DNA of 58,220 nt, taken from NCBI GenBank assembly GCA_001938485.1, contig MQRK01254974.1:1-58220 (forward strand), written 5' to 3'. A program made the translations under genes and the position numbers. The notes under the pieces were generated by a model. It did no database searches and had not been told where the DNA came from. It saw only the letters and a list, made by a program, of their open reading frames with translations. The stretch comes from Girardia tigrina (taxonomy: Eukaryota). This document shows positions 50,485 to 58,220 of this stretch, one piece after another (position 1 is the stretch's first letter; each line of letters starts with the position of its first letter).

Positions 50485-51086
50485 CGAGGGTTGTCCCAAA
50501 AGTTCACGGACTGATAAGTAACAACAAATTCAAAAAGTTCATTCCAGTTAACAAAATTGATCAATCCTCATCAAAATCGCTATCTAACTTTTGAATCTAA
50601 TCACCATTCAGTTTCACACACTTTCACATCTGTCAAGAAGAATGACTTCCTCGATAACTTTCACATTTTCTTGACATCCAGACGCTATTGGTCGCCCCCT
50701 GCGTTCATCATCCTTCAATGATTGACGCCCTGCCTGTAATCGTTGCAACCACTTAAAGACAGCCGTTTTTCCCATAGCGGCATCACCAAAGACGCGGTGT
50801 AAACGGTGCACAATATCTGCAGTGGGGGTGTCTTGCTTCCAGAGGAAATAGATGATTGCTCGTTGAGATTTCACTGCTACTTCCATACTAACTACAAGAG
50901 AGAAAAATGACAAATTAATACATTCGTATGTCACACACATGCCGACGGGCAGCCAATGAGAGTTCACCTCAATTACAATTGGTTTGTTCCCCCTCATGTC
51001 ATCGTACACACACTGCGCGTTACAGTCACGCACACAAGTGACAACGTCATATTCTCTCAGTCCGTGAACTTTTGGGACACCCCTCG
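50485..51086 (-). mobile_element. Internally deleted mariner with intact 30-bp TIRs and TA TSD; keeps the N-terminal HTH ORF
   Basis: ta-CGAGGGTTGTCCCAAAAGTTCACGGACTGA ... TCAGTCCGTGAACTTTTGGGACACCCCTCG-ta. ORF contains QRAIIYFLW...VFKW...LKDDERRGRP. Confidence 0.93.
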
Positions 51087-51890
51087 TATGAATGAAAAAA
51101 AAATAATATTATTTTGCGGGTAATTCATATATTTTAACCATTTGAATGTGGTGAGCAATATTTTTCTTATTTTGAAATTAATATATCATGCATTCAAGGT
51201 TAATAAAAACTCACATTCTTGCTTCATCAAACATATAAATATCCCAAGACATAATACAATGCAAATCAGAATTAATACTAAAATGAATTTAATTTTTTAT
51301 AATCAAACAATATATAAACTTGTTAGTGAAATGAGCGATATTTTAATCCAAATATTTATATCTAAATAATAAAGTACGGTAATTAATTGAGTATATTAAT
51401 TATAAAATAAACATAATAAAAAATTGCATAATTATAAACATAATAATCCAGCTTTATTCTATAAAGAAATAAAGAAGTTCATAAAACAGTCTCATAATTC
51501 TTTCAAGAAGATTTGTTTACTTATTTAATCAGATTTATTCTTCTTATTTATTCTTTTGATTGAAATAAAATTATCATTCAAACTAAAAGGAAATGCAAAT
51601 ATCATTGTCAAACAAAACAAGAATTTCTGAATTTCATCATTATTAAAATATCATTTACCTTTTTTTCTAACGGGGCAGTAATGACCACAGTAAACAAAAT
51701 ATAGATTTAAATTTACAATTGTCTTAGGTTTATCAAACAAATTAGTTTTTAATAATAATTATATTTATTTTAAATGCATAAAATTCACCTGCCAGCTTCT
51801 CTAGACTTTTTTGTAGATTAATTTTGTCATCTAAATTGTAAATAACATTCAGTTTTGAAATAAAATATATGACAAATCACTTATGTTTTA

Positions 51891-52210
51891 TTAACCCTTA
51901 TCGAACCGCATATGTCAATGTGCGCCTTACACCCACCATGTAGCATTTTGTTACACATACAAAGGGCATCTCAAATTCTTCGTGTACCCCTATTTTTCAA
52001 CATCAAAGATAAAACCATATAACATGTGAAACTCACTTACATTCTTACACAACCTCACCCATACAAAGACAGATACACGAGCATAAGACACACAAAATAG
52101 AAACCCCCATCTTTCTATGAAGTGTAAAGATTAAATACATTCCCGTTGGATCCGCTAACTCCGATCAGCCCAAGGAGACAATAAAAACAATATTCCCCAT
52201 GCCCGTGTTT
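51891..52210 (-). mobile_element. Possible piggyBac 3' terminus relic
   Basis: TTAA-CCCT terminus at 51891 with degenerate Cys-containing coding-like sequence inside. Confidence 0.3.
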
Positions 52211-54200
52211 ACTGTGTTTACCGTGTTTACCAATTTTTACTGTGTAAAAATTCATATAAAACAAAGGGGTGGCTGACCTGGAACCTCATTTTGGTTGATA
52301 AATTTGAAGAGATAGAAGAAATTGAATAACCAACAATGACAACAAAAAACCTCAACATTCCTGGTAATCAAATTCAATTCGTGATGGACATTCTGACTAT
52401 ATCGACGGTGGTAGAGGAAGCAATAGATACTGAAAAAACACATCTGACTTTTAAGATTGCAGATTTCAGAGCAAGGAGATAGTTCGTAGCTGAATGAAAC
52501 CTACAAATACAGCCAAAGACATGGATATACAATCCATGGACTGTCGATTCTTACAAGGAAGCCATAACTATGTTGGAGACCGAAACTTTTCGACCCCGTA
52601 GAGCATAAAGGCCCATTACCATTTGAAAGACGTGCGAGGCCTACATTTCAGTAATGTTTACTCCTATTGACTTTCACCTTGAAATATATAACTTCGACCT
52701 AAATTTATTAATGCAATACTCCCCTTTTTCTCTCTCACTCTTTGTGACTAGCCTGCCTACATGCATTCCCACACAATCGAACATTTTGTTGGCTAGTTAT
52801 TTCAATCTAGCATCACATTTTCAAAGTTATATATATCTCTGCAAGCAGAAGTGTGATCCTAATTCAGACTTATCATCCTCTCACTCATTTTTACCTGTCA
52901 TCTTTGGAGAAATATGTGCATACCTATGCATCGACCTGGACGACTAAAGATTTTACAAGCTATGAATGCCAGTCATGTGAGAGTGTTTGACTTGCTTGTC
53001 AATGAAGAAGAAGTACTTGGAGAACCTATCCCAGTTAATGATGTTGAACTCCTTGAAGATAATGAAAATTCTGAGGATTCCTAAGATCATAAAGGAGATA
53101 TTTAGGTAAGATATTCGAATAATATAAAAATAAGACAATAGAGAATTATCAAACTTTTGTCTACATTTCCAAATTTCTTCTGAGAATAATGCAGATAATG
53201 AGGATGAAACCTCAGATAAAGATGTATATAAGCATACATGTGTGCATAAAGCAAATAAAATTATATACAGCGGAATACCCGCTGCGACCCATCACTTGGC
53301 GAAGAATATTGCTGAGGAAAACCCACGAAACATAGCTCATGAGGAATTGGAAGAGTTTTCAGAGTATTTTTTGAAGAAATAGTGTGACCTATCCTTCGAC
53401 ATATTAATAGAAAAGTACCTGATGTTTTGGCATGGGGAGGAATACCTCGTTCTTACTAAACTGGATTGTTTGATTACCTTTGAATTAAATTTTTAAAGTC
53501 CAATTAAATTTTTTTTTAATATAAATGTAATTTAATTATTAAGTTCTAAGAATTTTTAATTAAGTTGAACACTTGCTTAAATTTTAGTTAAATTTCTTTT
53601 TGTAAAAATTTTTGTTAAAATTGTTTTTTTTTTCATTTTAATATTATTGACAAAATTATGATTATAAAATTAATATGATGAAATGTCCATGAAATTACCG
53701 CTCACTGCAGCAGTAACGTTGCTTCGTCTGATTGATACAATTATATTTTTTTCATTATTATTCGTTCTTTGTTAGATATTTAATAAAAGTTAATTTGAAT
53801 ATAAAAAGATTAATTTTGAATTTAAAAAGTTAAAAATGAAGCTTAAAACCTATCGCTGGTTTACTCTGGAACATCGGTCTAAGTGGACGGGATCCGAGGT
53901 TAGTTCCATGTTTGAGTAAAATGTCCCCAGAACAGGGAAATTCAAAGTGTAAAGACGGGTTGGTGTCTGCGGACGTAGAGATCTTCGACAATGGTATCCG
54001 GATGTTTCGAGAACTGGTTCATTACTGGATAAACCCTAAAGGAGCCGAAGGCCGCTCATTTGATTCAACAACTATTTTACATTTGATGTTGAGATTACGG
54101 TGAAATATGATGACGAAAATTAATGAAAATACGAATTTTTTAAAAAATAGAAAGTGATTTTGTTTGTTTGGGAAAAAAGTGACATGATTCCGACGATTGC

Positions 54201-55327
54201 TTATGAAAATAGAGATTCATCTGTTTGAAAATTATTTTTATTTTTTCTGTGTATTAACATACTTAAATATTTATAAATTATAATTTTAAAGCGTTGGATA
54301 ATGTCGTCAGTTTTGAGAATAGTATCACGTACTGAAATTGAAAGCATGTTCGGCATAAAATCTCCAATGTCATTAGAATTGTTTTAAAATTTTGCTTACA
54401 AATATTTATCTCAAAGATATTAAGAGAAAATTAAATATAAAAAATTATTACAAATTATTTTTATTAATTTCTTTAAATAATTTTATTTGTGTATTATTAT
54501 TAAATATTTGAAATGAATTCCTAATTTTAATATTAAATGGGAACAAACAATTATCTGGAAATCGTCCTTGGTAACAGATGTTTTGTTACATAAAGTTGAC
54601 GCACTCCATATATCTTATTATTTATTATTATTTTATAACTTATTTTTTTATTATTCTTAAATTGTATCCCTGCTAAAGGGGTTAATATTTTAGTTTCAAA
54701 TATTGTTACAATTGAGTCATTTTAGCATAACAAACATTATATTAATGCATAAATTATTTTCTAAATAATTTAAAATTACCTTTGTGATGTTCATCAACAT
54801 TTTTCTTGATTTCTTAAAACAAATTGTCGATCAATTAAATATAATAAATAAATAATAAAATTCCTTCACATTAAGTACTTCGTCTAAACAAATTAGTTCG
54901 AGTGTGTCTTAATTTTATACTGGTAAATTACCTTTTAAATTATCTAAAATTTCAATAAGCACTGAGTAACACAAATAAATAATGTAATTATATTCATTAT
55001 ATATTCTTACAAAATAAGGTGTAGTTACTCGGAGGACATTCTATTTAAAAATAAAGTAAAATAGTTTATTAAAAATATGATACGTTTGCAGGCCGTCTGT
55101 AACAAATTGCAATCTTCATTACCTGGAAAGACACTTAGATGTAATCATACTAAAAGGTATCAACCTTTTACAAAGCAAATATCCTCAAAGGTTGCACATG
55201 TTGAATCTGACGTTCTGAAAGGATGTGAGAGAGCACAAGTTGTTTTTGGCTGCTCTGCCAATAAATATGAGATTTTTTCAAATGAAAATAAAAATAAATC
55301 CAAAGAAAAAATATTTAAAATTCCCAT
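54201..55327 (-). CDS. Micro-exon gene paralogue 2 (Cys-rich; middle exons and exact 5' end uncertain)
   Basis: Exons 55327-55165, 55122-55084 (39 nt), 55040-55029 (12), 54943-54932 (12), 54883-54870 (14), 54812-54780 (33), ..., 54331-54263 (69) and terminal 54220-54201, all GT-AG. Reads MGILNIF...LLAEQPKTTCALSHPFRTSDSTCATFEDICFVKGNEDCNLLQTACKQCPPNNLKDEVLNKSRKMLMNITK...RDTILKTDDIIQRFKIIIYKYLNESLFS*. Confidence 0.68.
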
Positions 55328-55949
55328 CTAATCTCTAACTAAATATCACGTAAATTTATTGGTCCTTATTTATTGGTTCATTTAAACAACAAATCCGATA
55401 ATAAAAAATTTATTTGAAAATTTAAAAAATAATATCAAATATTTACAATAATTTCGATTTAATTATAATTTTTGATGCATCTAATTCAAATTTTAACATT
55501 CAACAGAATGCGGATCTGGAATTTTGATTTCTACTCGATCTGGATATGCACAACACTAAATATTAAAAAACTTTATTTATTATTAAATTAAAAATTAAAG
55601 GAATATTTTTAAGTATTTTTAGGAAGGATTTAGCAACGCTAACCTTAAGAAGCATTTTCACATATACTATATATACTATGCCAGGCTTGCTCAACCGTAT
55701 TGTAATAAAGATCAACTTTTTTGGATCCAGCTACCTCGTTTATGTTTAATTAATTCAATTTCAATTTATTTTACTTCATTTACACATTAAAAGAATATCT
55801 ATAAAAATAAAACAACTGTGAGAGTAAATTAGGAGAAATGAATTAATGATTAAGTAGTGTTTGTTTGAATCGTGACGAATTTGAAGTTAAGTGAAAAATA
55901 TATTTTACAGTGTCTCATTTTTGGCGTTCTATAATTACAAGCTATCGTG

Positions 55950-57800
55950 GACACATGAAAACTTTGAAAATAGTACCAGCCTTCGACGGACGCGAGAATG
56001 TGACCGTGTGAATTGAACGATTCCGCGAATGCGCCGAGACACTTTGTGAAAATAAATAGATGATGCTACCACTGGCTCTAGCAGAAGAGGTAACGGTCGT
56101 TTTCTGAGGATTGAAGGAATCAACGGAAAAAGACTTCAATAGAGCACTGCGGCACTTACGGAGGCATTTGCACTGAGCCTGAAATTGTCATGTACCACTT
56201 TCACTTAGCGGGTGCCAGCGGCGGAAAGGCGTTCGTAGCTCAGGTGTTTATAAACGCATTGCTCGAGACAGCTTTGAAGAGAGTGGAGGCCAAGGTGCGG
56301 GGATAAGCGGAAGACATGAATTGGCTGGTTCGACTTTTCTGAATACACATCAAGGTTGCACGTGGAGTTACTGATGTCATCGCGGCCATGCAGCAGCCGG
56401 GGAGACAACTAACCTGGAACTTAGCATCGACCGGCTAGTAAAATGCTTCTGTTGCAGAGAGAGCGAGCGCGTTGCAAGCCAATGTGCGAATGCGATATGA
56501 GAGCGGTAACAAATCAAGCCGGTTTGAGGAGTCTACAATGCATCAATTACTACTGGACGGGTCACGCTGAGAGAGTATAGCAGCAAGCAACGATCGTCAG
56601 GCTGGAGGATGGTGGAGGACCTAGATTTGGTGACGCGCTAATAATGATCTTTTTGGAAATCGTGGGCGGTAGGGTGGTTAGGACCTTCGTCCACACGAGA
56701 TTTTTAACTACAATTGTTGCAGAGGTGGTAGTCTCATATTCTGAACTTACTCTGGTAAAAGAAACAGTGCAAATGATGTACGGCTTGGTTGCAAGCGTGA
56801 GATTTAGAGCAGCAACAACGATCGAGTGCGGTGATAGACGAATCAATTGTAACGCACTAATGGTGTTGGAAGTCATAGCGTCAAGTGCTGAAGTGCTTAT
56901 AGAAATGGACGCCATGGAGCAGCTCGGGAGCCTGAAGGTACCAGGAGGGGACAAGGTTCCAAGATTCGGTTGTGCCGAGTATCCCGCCACAGCAGGCGCA
57001 ATGGAAAAACCAGCAGCAGCGCTGTTGATGGACGTGGATTTTTCAGCCAGGTTCGATGGCAAATCATGGTCTGTGGCATTGAAATGGAAATCTGGCAAGG
57101 ACTGCGAGAACCGATAAGCTGCATCTGCGAGAAAATTTGAAGAGAAAGTGAGTTAGTAGCTGGTCGAGTGCAAGAGCAAGGGATGGCTCTTCCCTTTCCA
57201 CGGTGAAGCAAAAGTGGTTTTTTCACTCATGGTGGTTGTGCAGGCGACCAAGTAGGAAGTGCAATTGGTTCTGGACTACCGAGTTCGTGTCAAGTCACAC
57301 TGCAATGAGTCTCGTACGCGCAGAGAAATTACGCAAGTGGCGCTGAATGGGGAAGGCACTGGAATTAATAAATCTGAGGTGTGAGTATCTCCAAATAAAA
57401 GTGAATGAGAGTCTATGGCCTTAACGGGAGATCAAGATCGCAGGTACAGAATGGTGTTTGACGTGACTGGGTTTCGGGTTGAAAGTTGCACAGAAAATAT
57501 TTAGATTCATAATGAACCATGTGCTTAAATCCGACAAAAGGATGGCAGCAGTCATGGATTCATACTATGATGTCGTTAGAGTCGACACCAGCAAAGTGGC
57601 CGTGGAGCAAATGGTTGCAGTTTTCAGCAGATTTTTCCTGGAGTTCAAACCACTAGTGGAAATTAACGGGGATTGGTACTCAGGCTTGCAGTGAGATAAT
57701 CCAAAGGAGAACTGCAGGCTTCAAAGACGGCAAAGTCCCTTCACTTCCAAATCAGATGACTCGACGGAAAATTTTCTCCTTGGTCGGTCAACTGGTGAGT
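55950..57800 (+). mobile_element. Decayed GC-richer gypsy-like gag-pol relic of a distinct family
   Basis: PAFDGRENVTV*IERF (gag), DVDFSARFDGKSWSVALKWK, LVLDYR, YLQI, CLT*LGFGLKVA and DSYYD (degenerate YxDD). Confidence 0.75.
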
Positions 57801-57986
57801 CATCAAAGATATCACGAAAATCATCTCATATAAAGTTTTCAAAAAAGTTCATTTATTTCTTCAGTTAAAACAAATTCAGTTTCTCGTGTGTTCATTTATA
57901 CTATACTGCTTTTTTATCGTTACATGGAGCAATTATAATTTTTTTATGTATTTTTATGTATTGAGTGACAATTTGATTGATATATC

Positions 57987-58220
57987 TGTGAGGGATAATT
58001 TCGAATGTTGTAAGTTTGTTGTTTGTATGCTGTTTAGATTTGTGACTCTCCTACTCAGATGAGATTGATTTGTTATTTGATTGATTATTTGAATCTAATT
58101 CAATTAATTTAATGATATTAATTTTAAGTACTAATTAATTAAAGTTTGATAATTATGAATTTTAATAATATTTTCAGTAAACGATTTTAACTTATTAAAT
58201 TTAATATATTTAAAAAATTA
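57987..58220 (+). mobile_element. Start of another LTR of the TGTGAGG family, cut by the window end
   Basis: Begins TGTGAGGGAT and carries the family motif ctcctactcagatg. Confidence 0.6.

Noticed and set aside
51891-54685. TTAACCCT...AGGGGTTAA as the two ends of one piggyBac
   Set aside because: Complementarity is only a few bases, and the right end falls inside the predicted paralogue 2.
55097-55122. Possible 26-bp ultra-short intron on the minus strand
   Set aside because: It reads better as part of the 39-nt exon GNEDCNLLQTACK, which matches the 39-nt exon of paralogue 1.
56562-57226. Long antisense ORFs of 178 and 109 aa
   Set aside because: These are shadow ORFs of GC-rich retroelement coding sequence on the plus strand.

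Overview
AT-rich eukaryotic (probably metazoan) genomic DNA with short GT-AG introns of about 40-60 bp, several N-gaps and a heavy load of decayed mobile elements. These include a nearly full-length Ty3/gypsy element (12273-17538) and many solo or partial LTRs of its family, three other gypsy relics, RTE and R2/NeSL-type LINE fragments, Penelope-type termini with hammerhead-ribozyme motifs, and Tc1, mariner, ITmD37E, hAT/hATm and piggyBac remnants. Host-gene remnants include a TECPR2-like WD40 piece fused in frame to a STIP1/Hop TPR piece, and a TEDC1-like ORF. The main finding is invisible to the ORF track: a family of small, apparently secreted Cys-rich proteins built from very short, mostly symmetric phase-1 exons. 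Two clear paralogues lie at 10596-10998 (+, probable tail 17616-17867) and 55327-54201 (-), with a likely third relic near 50.0-50.5 kb. The architecture resembles schistosome micro-exon genes. All family assignments come from motif recognition by eye; no searches were run. No rRNA, tRNA or CRISPR array was found.
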